64,000 nt of DNA from an uncultured delta proteobacterium (GTDB lineage Bacteria > Myxococcota_A > Polyangia > Fen-1088): positions 1,696,001 to 1,760,000 of the forward strand of contig CAVYGB010000002.1 in the NCBI GenBank assembly GCA_963767925.1, read 5' to 3'. Of this stretch, positions 7,445 through 17,307 are shown in pieces. The number at the start of each line of letters is the position of its first letter. Position 1 is the first letter of the stretch. Below the pieces are notes generated by a model, which was not told where the DNA came from, did no database searches, and worked only from the letters and a program-made list of their open reading frames with translations. Made by a program: the position numbers and the translations under genes.

Positions 7445-9168
7445 GGCGCACCTCCTGCGCGGCGAAACATGAATGCATCGGTCTGGGTCAGCGCCACAAG
7501 CATCTCCCGGGCGCTGCGCCCGGTGCCCTCGTACAGGGCCTTGAGCGTCTCGACCGAACACTCGTCCTCGGGCGTCTCCGAGCGCCCGTAGCCGAAGCGG
7601 AACCACTGCTTGACGTAGCAGGCCCGCACCTGGCTGCTCTGGAGCAGCTTGGCGGTCAGCTCGGCCGGGCCGTTGAAGGGACCGTCGACGTCGGTGGCGA
7701 TCAGCTCGCCCGAGATGTCGATCGACCGCCCGGCCTCGCTGGTCCGGTATTGCCCGACCGAGTCGAAGCTCTCGAAGCTCAGGCCGATCGGGTCCATCAG
7801 CTTGTGGCAGGTCGCGCACAGCGGGTCGGCGGCGTGCTGCGAGAAGCGCTCACGGGTGGTCAGGTTGGGCGCCAGATCGGGCGGTCGCACCATGAGGTCG
7901 GCCGGCGGGGGCGGCGGGATCTGGCAGAAGAACTGCTCGCGCACGAACTTGCCTCGCCGCACCGGATCGGTCTGGGTGGGCAGGGCGTGCGCCGCCAGGA
8001 AGGCCGACTGGGTGAAGAAGCCCGCCCGCGGCGAGCCCTCGAGCGCCACCTTGGCGAAGGCCTCGCCCCTGGGGCCCTTGACCCCGTAGAAGGCGGCGAG
8101 CTTTTCGTTCATGAAGGAGTAGGGGGCGGTCAGCAGCGTGTTCAGGGTGCCGTCGCCCTTCCAGGTGACCTCCTCGACGAACATCTGGGCCTCGCGCTCG
8201 AAGAGCTGGGCCAGCGGGGGGTCGAAGGCGGGAAACAGGGTGGGGTCCTTCTCCACCGCCTCGACCAGGTCGAGGGCCAGCCACTGCTCGTTGAAGATCG
8301 ACAGCGTCTGCTTGGCCCGCTCGTCACCGACCAGGCGCTGGGCCTGGGCGGCGATCTCTTCCTTGGTGCTCAGCTTGCCCGCCTCGGCCGCGGCCATCAG
8401 GGGCTCGTCGGGCATCGACGCCCAGAACAGGTACGACAGGCGCGAGGCCGTCTCCCAGGGCGTCAGCTTGACCATGTCGTTGCCGACCTTCCCGGCGCCG
8501 ACCTCGACCCGATACAGGAACTGCGGCACCTGCAGCATCACCTGCATCATCATGCGGATGCCGGTGGCGAAGCCGTCGGCCGCCATCCCGTCGGCGAAGA
8601 CCTTCAGCATCGCCGTCTTCTCCTCGGCCTCGAGCGGGCGGCGCCAGGCGCGCTTGCCCCAGGTGTCGAGGAAGCGGGTCGCGCAGGCCGCGTCGCCGGT
8701 AGCAGGGTCGCAGGGGACCAGCTTGCCGAGGTCGGCGGTCGCGGCCGTCACGAGCCGCTCGGCGGCGTCCATGTAGTTCTCGACGTGCAGGGGGCTGACG
8801 CTGAGGTTCTGGGCGTCGTTGGTGAAGCCCGCGCCGCGCTCGTCGGGGGGGAAGCGGCCGGAGGGGCGGGTCGTGTCGCCCAGCAGGTCCCGCACGGTGT
8901 TGTCGTACTCCCAGCGGGTGAGGCGGCGGATGGGCGAGGGGCCGGCATCCCGGACCTTGCAGGCCTTCGCCACCTCGGCGGCGCCCGGGCCGGTCACCGA
9001 GACGGGCGGGGGCGGCTCGCCGGGCTGGCCGTTGCCTGGGCCGGGGCCGGTCGATCCCGGGGGCAGGTTCCCCGGACCACCGACAGCGTTGGGGTTCACG
9101 TCGCCGATGCTGGCCGTGCAGGCCAGGCACAGGACGATCGTGCTCAGGATGGGAAGCCCGGGTCGCAT
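7441..9168 (-). CDS. DUF1592/DUF1588-family (PSCyt-type) lipoprotein with a CxxCH heme motif
   Basis: IRRLTRWEYDNTVRDL, RAWRRPL, PQFLYRVE, ASRLSYLFWASMPD, DPVRRGKFV and CATCHKLMDPIG. Confidence 0.92.
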   Translation of the reverse strand: MRPGLPILSTIVLCLACTASIGDVNPNAVGGPGNLPPGSTGPGPGNGQPGEPPPPVSVTGPGAAEVAKACKVRDAGPSPIRRLTRWEYDNTVRDLLGDTTRPSGRFPPDERGAGFTNDAQNLSVSPLHVENYMDAAERLVTAATADLGKLVPCDPATGDAACATRFLDTWGKRAWRRPLEAEEKTAMLKVFADGMAADGFATGIRMMMQVMLQVPQFLYRVEVGAGKVGNDMVKLTPWETASRLSYLFWASMPDEPLMAAAEAGKLSTKEEIAAQAQRLVGDERAKQTLSIFNEQWLALDLVEAVEKDPTLFPAFDPPLAQLFEREAQMFVEEVTWKGDGTLNTLLTAPYSFMNEKLAAFYGVKGPRGEAFAKVALEGSPRAGFFTQSAFLAAHALPTQTDPVRRGKFVREQFFCQIPPPPPADLMVRPPDLAPNLTTRERFSQHAADPLCATCHKLMDPIGLSFESFDSVGQYRTSEAGRSIDISGELIATDVDGPFNGPAELTAKLLQSSQVRACYVKQWFRFGYGRSETPEDECSVETLKALYEGTGRSAREMLVALTQTDAFMFRRAGGAP

Positions 9169-9455
9169 GAACGTACCTCCTAAGCTGAAAGGGCGAGTGA
9201 ATCGCGCACGCCGACCGAAGTCCGAGCGAAGGGATGGACGTTACCATCGCCCCCCTGAAAACGATATCGGATTGTGGATATGCCCAGCGCGGCCATTCGA
9301 CCTTCGAGCGTGGCACGGACGGGGGGGGGGCCGATGCGAGGTTCGGCTCTTTCTGATGGACATGCTTCGACAAGATGAGCCTTCCCCGCCTCGACAGGCC
9401 ACAGGGACGGGCAAGCTCCTCTCCTTCGGCCCCGTCCAGCCCCGCTGAGCTCGCG

Positions 9456-12407
9456 CTACCGGCGGGTCAGCTCGAGGGGGCGGGGGGGCTGGGCGGCGGT
9501 GGCGACGGTCAGCTTCAGGATCGTGCCGGGGTCGCCGCCCAGCAGGAACTCGAGGCCGCCTCGGCCCAGGCCGTCGGTCGGCTTGCCGTCGATCGCCAGC
9601 AGGCGATCACCGGCCTTGATGCCCGCCTGCTCGGCCGGCCCCCTGGCGACGACGTGCCGGACATGGGGGCGGCGGTTCTCGAAAGACACGGTCAGGCCGA
9701 CCTGGCTGGCCGACCGCTCCGGCTGGGCGGTGCCACGCACCAGCTTGAGCGTGCCGAGGTCGAGCTCGGTGCCGCCGGCCGGCAGGTCTATCTCGGCGGT
9801 GTCCGCCACGAACCCGGGCATCCGGGCGCCGTACATCAGGCGGACCTTGCGCCCGCCCAGCAGCCCCTCCATGGCGAAGTGCCCCCGGGCGTCCGCCGTC
9901 CGCATCGTCATCTGGTGATCGAAGAGCAGCACCGGCACCCCGGCCAGCGGGTCGCCCTCCGGGAAGCTGGCGATCTGACCCAGCAGCTTCAGGCCGCGAC
10001 CCAGCGCCACCCGCAGCCCGGCCTTGCGCTCGCCGGCGGCCAGGGTCAGCCCGGGGACCTGTCCGCTCATGCCGTCGGCGGTGGTGACAACCACGTCGTA
10101 GGTCCCCGCGGCCAGGCCGCCGACCTCGAAGGCGCCGCCGGGATCGTGCACGGGCGGGGCGCCCCCGCCCATCATCCTGGCCAGGCTGCTCGTCGCCCCG
10201 CCCGGCCGCCGGCCCGGGGCGCCGGCCTCCGACTCCACCGCCTGGATGGAGAAGTCGGTGACCGGGACGCCGCCCTCGCCGACCACCACCCCCGCCAGGA
10301 CCGCCGCGCGCGGGAGCTGCAGGCGCACCTCGCGCGCGCCGTCCGGGACCTTGTCCAGCCGGCCCTCGGGGAAGCTGGAGTGCCTGGCGATCACGGTGTA
10401 AGGCCCCTTCTCCAGATCGGTCAGCTCGAAGCGGCCGTCCTCCCCGGTCGCCAGCCCCTTTTGCCCGAGCATGGCCCCGAAAGCCTCGCGCACGCCCGCC
10501 TCTGTCCCCGCCGGATCGGCGCTCACCGTCGCGCCGGCGAGCGGCCGGCCGTCGGGGTCCACCACCAGCCCCGAGAGCGTCCGCCCGCCCCGCAGGATGA
10601 CCAGCTCGATCCCCTTGTGGGGCTTCGTCCCTTCCAGGGTGATCACCTTCTGCTCGCGCCCCTCGGGCTTGAAGTCGAGCATGCCGGCGAGGCCCTCTTT
10701 GCGCGAGGCCTTGATCAGAGTTTGCCCCGGCGCGAGGGGTCCCAGCTCGAACCTGCCCTGCGGATCGGTGCGGACCTGGGCCATCGCCTGCGTCGCCGGC
10801 GCGACCGCCAGGACGGTCACCCCCGCCGCCGGCTCCCCGTCGTCGTATTTCACCAGCCCGATCACCAGCGCCCCCGCGACCAGGGTCAGCGCGATCTCCC
10901 GGGTCTCCCCCGCCGCCAGGGGCTCGGGTCCCCAGCTCACCCGGCCGGTGTCCGGATCGGTGGCCACCACCTCGACCTTGCCTGCCGCCAGCGCCCGCAG
11001 CCGGAAGCGCCCGCCCGCGTCGGTCCGATCGACGGCCTGCCGTCCGGCCAGCGAGCCCGTCGCGGCGGTCACCTCGCCCACCGACGCGGTGACGGTGGCG
11101 CCCGCCGCCGGAGTGCCGTCGGGGCGTGACACTGTCCCGTGCAGCACCGCCTCGGCCCCCAGCTCGAGGTCGGCGTCGCCCCGATCCGCCTCGCGCGTGA
11201 GGACCACCTCGCGCGCGGCCGGGGCGTGGCCGGGCGCCTCGGCCGAGACCTCGTAGCGACCGGGCAGCAGCCCCTCGATCCGGTACCCTCCGGCGCCGTC
11301 GCTGAGCGCGCGCACGCTCCCCGGCAGCGCCAGCGTCGACTGCCGCACGCGGATGCGGGCGCCCGCCAGCGGTTGGCCCCGGACAAGGGTGCGCCCGGCG
11401 ATGGAGCGGCCGGCCTGGACCTCGAGGATCACCTCGGACGCGCGATCGGCGTCGGCCACCTCGACCGGCCGGGGCACCGAGACCAGCGTCCCCCGGTGGG
11501 CCGAGATGCGGAAGCTGCCCGGGTGCAGATCGCGCAGCTCGAAGGCGCCGCGCGCGTCGGTGGTGGCCTCCAGAGTGGGCCGCCACCAGACCTCCGGGTC
11601 GTGCAGCAGCACCTGCGCCCCGCCCACCGGCGCCCGGTCACCCCTGTCGATCACCTTGCCGGCCAGCCGGGCGGCGGGCCGCAGCGCGAAGTCCGCCCGG
11701 GCGGCGGCGGTCGTGTCGACCAGCCGGCTGTCGGGGGCGTAGCCGTCGGCGTCGGCGACGACCAGGTGTTGCTGCCGGGGCACGGTGATCTGGTAGCGCC
11801 CGCTGGCATCGGCGGTGGCGAGGAAGGTCCGGGTGGCGCTGCCCCCGGTCGCCTGGGAGGTCACGCGCACCTCGGCGCCGGCGATGATCCCGCCGCCGGC
11901 GTCCGACACCGTCCCGCCGAGCAGGACCCCGCCCCCCTCGAGCACGAGATCGATCCCGCTGAGCTGCCCGCCCGGGAGCACGGCGAGGCCGCCCCGGTGC
12001 GCGCCCACCTGCCCCGCCACGGTGGCGGTCAAGCCGTATTCGCCCGGCAAGATCCCCTCGATCCGGAAGCGGCCGTCGGCGCCGCTGCGCACGCGCGCGG
12101 CCGGGCGGAACCGGGGATCGCCCCCGCCCATCCCGACCTCGGGCAGCAGGGCGACGAGCGCGTCCGCCACCGGCCCGCCGCCGGCGCTGCGGACCGATCC
12201 CGCGATGCTGCCCCGCTCGCCCCCCGGATCCCGGGCCCACCCCGGCAGGTCGGCCCGCAAATCCGGCCCCTTCACCGCCCGGGTCACCTCGACCCGCGCG
12301 GCCCCGGACCCGAGCTTCCCGCCGGCGCGCCACGCGAGGATCCCGACCAGCGCGGCAGGAATCAGCAGCAAGAACGGGAGCATTTTACGATGCGACGGCA
12401 CGATCAT
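9456..12407 (-). CDS. Membrane-anchored carboxypeptidase-regulatory-like (Cna-B/transthyretin-type) repeat protein with a C-terminal PDZ domain
   Basis: Multiple G.V...G.P.AGA.V / TD..GRF....L..G.Y repeats; C-terminal GPAEQAGIKAGDRLLAIDG (PDZ). Confidence 0.85.
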   Translation of the reverse strand: MIVPSHRKMLPFLLLIPAALVGILAWRAGGKLGSGAARVEVTRAVKGPDLRADLPGWARDPGGERGSIAGSVRSAGGGPVADALVALLPEVGMGGGDPRFRPAARVRSGADGRFRIEGILPGEYGLTATVAGQVGAHRGGLAVLPGGQLSGIDLVLEGGGVLLGGTVSDAGGGIIAGAEVRVTSQATGGSATRTFLATADASGRYQITVPRQQHLVVADADGYAPDSRLVDTTAAARADFALRPAARLAGKVIDRGDRAPVGGAQVLLHDPEVWWRPTLEATTDARGAFELRDLHPGSFRISAHRGTLVSVPRPVEVADADRASEVILEVQAGRSIAGRTLVRGQPLAGARIRVRQSTLALPGSVRALSDGAGGYRIEGLLPGRYEVSAEAPGHAPAAREVVLTREADRGDADLELGAEAVLHGTVSRPDGTPAAGATVTASVGEVTAATGSLAGRQAVDRTDAGGRFRLRALAAGKVEVVATDPDTGRVSWGPEPLAAGETREIALTLVAGALVIGLVKYDDGEPAAGVTVLAVAPATQAMAQVRTDPQGRFELGPLAPGQTLIKASRKEGLAGMLDFKPEGREQKVITLEGTKPHKGIELVILRGGRTLSGLVVDPDGRPLAGATVSADPAGTEAGVREAFGAMLGQKGLATGEDGRFELTDLEKGPYTVIARHSSFPEGRLDKVPDGAREVRLQLPRAAVLAGVVVGEGGVPVTDFSIQAVESEAGAPGRRPGGATSSLARMMGGGAPPVHDPGGAFEVGGLAAGTYDVVVTTADGMSGQVPGLTLAAGERKAGLRVALGRGLKLLGQIASFPEGDPLAGVPVLLFDHQMTMRTADARGHFAMEGLLGGRKVRLMYGARMPGFVADTAEIDLPAGGTELDLGTLKLVRGTAQPERSASQVGLTVSFENRRPHVRHVVARGPAEQAGIKAGDRLLAIDGKPTDGLGRGGLEFLLGGDPGTILKLTVATAAQPPRPLELTRR

Positions 12408-12468
12408 GTATCGACCTTGCAGCCTCGACGGTTGCGATGGCGGGAAGTTTCCTGAAAATCCCCCGCCC

Positions 12469-13494
12469 TCACGTCAGCTCGTCCCGCTCGCCGGTCGGGC
12501 CGGCCTCGTCGGCCGGGGCCGCGACGAGGTCGGCGCGCTTGCCCCGCCGCCAGTCGGCGGGGGCGACGTTGAGCCAGCGCTTGTAGGCCCGGCTGAGCGC
12601 GGTCTCCGAGCCGTAGCCGACCTGCTCGGCGATCTCGGCCAGCGACATCGAGGTCGAGGTCAGCAGGCTGGCGGCGAGCTGCATGCGCCACTGCGCCAGG
12701 TAGCGCATGGGGGGGACGCCGACGAAGTGGGCGAAGCGCTCGGCCAGCATCGACCGGGAGGCCCCCACCTCGCGCGCCAGGTCGTCGAGGCTCCAGGGGT
12801 GGGCGGGGCGGTCGTGCAGCTTGCCGAGGGCCCGCCCCACCGTCTCGTCGCGCAGCCCGGCCAGCCACCCGCCCTGCTCGACCGGCAAGCCGCCCAGGTA
12901 CCGGCGCACCACCTCGACGAACAGCAGCTCGCTCAGCCGGGCGAGGATGCAGTCGCTGCCCGCACGCTTCTTCACCGACTCCGAGAGCGCCAGCTTCACG
13001 AAGTGCTCGATCACGCTGTCGCTCGAGCCGGCCCCCGACACGTGCACGACCCGGGGCAAGGTCGCCAGCAGCGGGTTGAAGGGGCGGGAGTCGCAGCCGA
13101 GGAACCCGCAGATCACCTCGACCCGCGCGTCCCCGCCGCCGCCCATCTGCATGGCGATGGGCAGGCTCTGGGTCGCCAGCCGGGTCGGATCGGGGCCGGG
13201 CACGCCGCGCATCCCGGGCGCGCTCGACATCACGTGGGCGTCCCCCTGGGGAAACACGATGACGTCTCCCGCCTGCAGCTGGATCGGCGACTCGTCGATG
13301 ATGCCTCCCCAGCACGAGCCCGAGGTCACCACGTGGTATTCGATGACGTGCTCGACGCCGGGCATGATGTAGGGCCCCAGCTCGCGGGCCGCCGGAGTCT
13401 CGGCCACCCAGGAGCCGGAGGCGTCGACCGAGAAGAACACGGCGCCGGTCAGGCGCACGGCGCGCAACACCTCGGAGAGCGTGTCGGTGCTCAT
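12469..13494 (-). CDS. AraC-family transcriptional regulator with cupin_6 N-terminal domain
   Basis: DTLSEVLRAVRL, HPWSLDDLAREVGASRS, PPMRYLAQWRM and VGYGSETALSRAYKR. Confidence 0.93.
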   Translation of the reverse strand: MSTDTLSEVLRAVRLTGAVFFSVDASGSWVAETPAARELGPYIMPGVEHVIEYHVVTSGSCWGGIIDESPIQLQAGDVIVFPQGDAHVMSSAPGMRGVPGPDPTRLATQSLPIAMQMGGGGDARVEVICGFLGCDSRPFNPLLATLPRVVHVSGAGSSDSVIEHFVKLALSESVKKRAGSDCILARLSELLFVEVVRRYLGGLPVEQGGWLAGLRDETVGRALGKLHDRPAHPWSLDDLAREVGASRSMLAERFAHFVGVPPMRYLAQWRMQLAASLLTSTSMSLAEIAEQVGYGSETALSRAYKRWLNVAPADWRRGKRADLVAAPADEAGPTGERDELT

Positions 13495-13611
13495 CGCCCG
13501 GCCCCGGGGCGGCGGTGGTCCGCGCCTTCCGGAAGAACGGTCATGTCAAACCGACGCCCGGTCATTCGCCCTCGCGGTGGCCTCGCGTACAACGAATCCA
13601 GGAGATCGCAC

Positions 13612-14454
13612 ATGAGCCAAATACTCGATTGTCCCCCCGGTGAACGCAAGCAGTCCGCCGTCGTCGACCTGAACGCCGTCAAGGCGCGCCAGCAGGCCAT
13701 GTGGGCCTCGGGCGACTTCTCGGTGATTGGTACCACCCTCCAGATCGTCGGAGAATCCCTGTGTGAGGCCCTCGACCTCGACGCGGGGTCGCGCGTCCTC
13801 GACGTGGCCTGTGGCAACGGCAACGCCACCCTGGCGGCGGCGCGCCGCTGGTGCACCGTGACCGGGCTCGACTACGTGCCCGGGCTGCTCACCCGCGCCG
13901 GCGCGCGCGCCCGGGCCGAAGGGCTCGAGGTCGAGCTCATCGAGGGCGACGCCGAGAAGCTCCCCTTCGCCGACGGCCACTTCGACGTGGCGCTGTCGAC
14001 CTTCGGGATCATGTTCGCGCCCGACCAGGAGCAGGCCGCGCGCGAGATCGTGCGGGTGGTCGAGCCGGGCGGCAAGATCGGCCTGGCGAACTGGACGCCC
14101 GAGGGTTTCATCGGGCAACTGCTGAAGACCGTCGGCAAACACGTGCCCCCGCCGGCCGGCGTCGCGTCGCCCATCTTCTGGGGCTCCGAGGCCCGCCTGC
14201 GCGAGCTGTTCCGCGGGACGCGCGCGCTGTCGGTGCAGACCCGGCCGTTCGTGTTCCGCTTCCGGTCGGCGGCCCACCTGGTCGACGTGTTCCGCAGCTA
14301 CTACGGGCCCACCTTCAAGGCTTTCGGCGCCCTCGACGCCGCCGGGCAGGCCCGGCTGGCGGCGGACATCGAGGCGCTGTCGACCCACTTCAACCGCAGC
14401 CAGACCTCCCTCGCGATCCCGGCCGACTACCTCGAGGTGGTGATCGAGCGCTGA
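13612..14454 (+). CDS. Class I SAM-dependent methyltransferase (Methyltransf_11/25 type), divergent from the AraC gene
   Basis: AGGAG RBS before ATG 13612; WASGDF, VLDVACGNGN, GDAEKLPF and STFGIMFAPD. Confidence 0.9.
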   Translation: MSQILDCPPGERKQSAVVDLNAVKARQQAMWASGDFSVIGTTLQIVGESLCEALDLDAGSRVLDVACGNGNATLAAARRWCTVTGLDYVPGLLTRAGARARAEGLEVELIEGDAEKLPFADGHFDVALSTFGIMFAPDQEQAAREIVRVVEPGGKIGLANWTPEGFIGQLLKTVGKHVPPPAGVASPIFWGSEARLRELFRGTRALSVQTRPFVFRFRSAAHLVDVFRSYYGPTFKAFGALDAAGQARLAADIEALSTHFNRSQTSLAIPADYLEVVIER

Positions 14455-14614
14455 GGCGCGAGGTACGATCGAGCGCTGAGGCGCGAGGTACGATCGAGCG
14501 CTGAGGCGCGAGGAACGATCGAGCGCTGAGGCGCGAGGAACGATCGAGCGCTGAGGCGCGAGGAACGATCGAGCGCTGAGGCGCGAGGAACGATCGACCG
14601 CTGAAAGCGCGAGG
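14442..14614 (+). repeat. 25-bp tandem repeat GATCGAGCGCTGAGGCGCGAGGWAC, six copies plus one degenerate copy
   Basis: Units start at 14442, 14467, 14492, 14517, 14542, 14567 and 14592; the first contains the methyltransferase stop codon. Confidence 0.92.
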
Positions 14615-14630
14615 CCGTCGCCAGCCCCGC

Positions 14631-15257
14631 TCAGGGGTTGGCGGCGGCCCAGGCCTTCAGGCAATCGATCTCGGCGGCGGGGAGCTCGGCCCCGACGGGG
14701 GGCATGCGCTGGCCGCAGGGCGGGGTGGCGCCGAGCTTGTCGAAGAAGTAGCCACCCACGGCCGGGCTGGTCGTGACGAAGGGGCGGCCCATGCAAACGC
14801 CCGAGGCCTGGCGCAGGCGGGTCCGGACATCGGCGGCGACCACATCGAAGCCGACGTAGCTGGCCGTGGTGGCGTCGTGGCAGAGGGCGCAGCGCGGGCG
14901 CAGGATGCGAGCGATGACCTCGGTCGTGCTGGTGCAGTAGGCGGCGACGCCGGCGCCGGCGTCGGGCGTGGGCGGTGGCGGGGTGGCGGCGTCGGGGCGG
15001 ATCCCGCCGTCGCGGGCGGGAGGGGGAGGCGTCGCCGCCGCGTCGGCCATCGCGGGCGGCGGTGGCGGCGGCGGGGTGGGGGCGGCGTCGAGGCGCACCG
15101 GGAGCCCGCCGTCGACCGTCCTCGGGGTGAAGGGGAGCTGCCCGGGGCAGCCGGCGAGGGCGGTGAGCCAGAGAGCGGCGCCGGCCGCGGCGAGGGCCCG
15201 CGCGACGGTGCGTGTCGAGGGCAGGGACCGGGAACTTCTGCTTTCCTGCGATGACAT
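14631..15257 (-). CDS. Hypothetical lipoprotein with a CxxCH (c-type cytochrome-like) C-terminal domain
   Basis: Lipobox LAGC, Pro-rich linker, RCALCHD, CGQRMPP and EIDCLKAWA; start codon uncertain. Confidence 0.7.
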   Translation of the reverse strand: MSSQESRSSRSLPSTRTVARALAAAGAALWLTALAGCPGQLPFTPRTVDGGLPVRLDAAPTPPPPPPPAMADAAATPPPPARDGGIRPDAATPPPPTPDAGAGVAAYCTSTTEVIARILRPRCALCHDATTASYVGFDVVAADVRTRLRQASGVCMGRPFVTTSPAVGGYFFDKLGATPPCGQRMPPVGAELPAAEIDCLKAWAAANP

Positions 15258-15471
15258 GGTGTCCCGAACAAAGCACGATCCCAGCCAACGACCCCTGAGC
15301 CCGGAAACACGGTGTACGCCGCGACCACACCCGGAAGCGGATTGCAGGCCGCAATCAGAATTCTGAGATGGGGCAGCGGGCCGTCGCGCTGGCAAGGCCT
15401 GCCTTGGCCCGTGGTTCGCGCGCCGGCGCGGCCCGCGTGATCGGTGGCCGCCGCGCTGGCAAGGCCTGCCT

Positions 15472-16596
15472 TCAGCGGCGGGCGGTGACCTCGAAGGCGC
15501 CCGCACGCTGGCCCACGCCGTTGACGACGACGTCGACCGCGTGGGTCCCGGGGTAGGGCTTGCGGGTCGTGTGGACCGCCAGGGAGATGCGGCTGCGCAG
15601 CTCCAGCCCGCCCCGCGGCGGCAGCACGACCCGCTTGAGCTTGAACACCTTCGGGGCGGCGTGCCCACCGGCTTTCACGAAGTGCACGGCGAGGTCGACA
15701 AGCAGGTCCTGGGGGCGGGTCGACTCGCTCCGCAGCACGAAGGACAGCGCCACCCGGCCCCCGATCGGCACCCGCGGCGGATCGAACGTCACCGCCTCGA
15801 TGGAGACCGCCGGCTTCTTGCCGTAGCCGAGCAGGCGCAGCGCCTCGCCCTCCCCGCGCTTCACCGCGCTTCGCAGGGCGTGCTCGACGAGGGCCCGGCG
15901 CGCGGGCGAGGCGTCCGCCAGCCAGGCGGCGCAGGTGCGGACGAGGAGCTTCGGGTGGACCTTGCCGAGGTCGTTGAGGTTGTTGGCCACGCTCCGGCGC
16001 ACGACGCTGGCCGGATCGTCCTTCAGCCGCTCGAGCAGCTCCAGCACCCGCTCCGGGTTGGCGTCCAGCCAGGCCACCCGGCTGGCCCAGGGCAGGCGCA
16101 GGCGCGTCCCCTCGGAGACCAGGCGCCGGACGTGCGGGTTGCGGTCTTTGGCCCAGCGGCGCAGGAAGGTGAAGGTCCGCTCGGGATCGCGGGCGAGGTA
16201 AGGGCGGATGCTGGACTCGGCGCTGAACCGCTTGGTCAGCTCGTATTGCGCCCGCATCGACAGGTCGAAGTGCTCCAGCCCCCGCTCGGCCACGAACAGC
16301 GTGTGGGGCAGATAGAAGAAGGGAGCCATCCCGACCCCCACCAGCTCGTCGCCGGCGTGCTCCGCCCCCAGCGAGCGCAGGAGCACCTCGATCGCCGCCG
16401 GATAGTCGGCGGGCAGGTGGGCCGCCAGCGCCCGGGCGATGTGTTTGCCGCGATCGAGCAGCTCGAGCGCCTCCAGCCCGCTGACCGCCTGCTTGACGAA
16501 GGCCTTGCGGGGAAAGCCCGGCTCGACCTGCCCGATCTCGTCGGCCAGCCGGCGCACCAGCGCCGGCGAGAAGAAGTGCTTGAGCTGCTCGGCCAT
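15472..16596 (-). CDS. DNA alkylation repair protein (AlkC-like HEAT-repeat DNA glycosylase)
   Basis: MAEQLKHFF, ELTKRFSAESSIRPYL, HVRRLVSEGTRLRLPW, VRRSVANNLNDLGK, KVFKL and TTRKPYPG. Confidence 0.88.
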   Translation of the reverse strand: MAEQLKHFFSPALVRRLADEIGQVEPGFPRKAFVKQAVSGLEALELLDRGKHIARALAAHLPADYPAAIEVLLRSLGAEHAGDELVGVGMAPFFYLPHTLFVAERGLEHFDLSMRAQYELTKRFSAESSIRPYLARDPERTFTFLRRWAKDRNPHVRRLVSEGTRLRLPWASRVAWLDANPERVLELLERLKDDPASVVRRSVANNLNDLGKVHPKLLVRTCAAWLADASPARRALVEHALRSAVKRGEGEALRLLGYGKKPAVSIEAVTFDPPRVPIGGRVALSFVLRSESTRPQDLLVDLAVHFVKAGGHAAPKVFKLKRVVLPPRGGLELRSRISLAVHTTRKPYPGTHAVDVVVNGVGQRAGAFEVTARR

Positions 16597-16969
16597 CGTT
16601 CGTCCCCCGGCCCGATACTCGAACACCCCCTCTCGCCGCAGCGCAAGCCCCTTGCGGGGCTCGGCTGGCACCGCCAGGCGCTCAGTCGAATGCCCGAAAT
16701 CAGAGGGGCTCCCTCGTCGGGCGCGCTATTCCTTGCTGACTCGCCGACCGCCCTACCTTGAGGGATATGATCGGTCGGTACGGCGGGCTCGCATCCTGCT
16801 TGCCTCGTGGCCAGCATCGCAACGCCAGGATGCTTCTCCTGGCGCGAGTCGCGGGGCGACGGTGAGGACACCGGGCGGGACTGGGAGCCGGACGTATAAG
16901 CCCTCACGACCTCCGCCGCTCCATCGGGACCCACCCCCTGGATATCGGAGAGGATGTCCTCCAGGTGGC

Positions 16970-17162
16970 CGCTGCCGCTGCCGAACTCGCGGGGGATGGC
17001 ATCCCATTGGCACCCGGTCTTGAGCTTGTAGACGATTCCGGACATGACCTTGCGGTTGTCGTTCGGCGGTCGGCCGCCTTTGGGACTGCGTGCTCGCTTG
17101 GGAATCCAAACGCGCGTGCACTCCCAAACCTCTTCGGGGATGTCTTCGAATTGTGCCGTCAT
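16970..17162 (-). pseudogene. IS5-family transposase N-terminal remnant (DUF4096-like)
   Basis: IPEEVW...KGGRPPNDNRKVMSGIVYKLKTGCQWDAIPREFGSG; similarity ends there and no DDE domain follows. Confidence 0.8.
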
Positions 17163-17307
17163 GGACAGTAGAGATCACGACCTGACGGGCTCGGCAAATT
17201 TTCGCTTGAATTGGCACTCGCGCACCGTCGGTTGCAGCCACTGCGATGTCCCGGTCGCTGGTCTGGTCGGGCGCAACCAAGCCCCAACCGCCGCCGATAA
17301 CCTGGTC

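Noticed and set aside
14442..14614. 25-bp repeats as a CRISPR array
   Set aside because: Head-to-tail repeats with no spacers.
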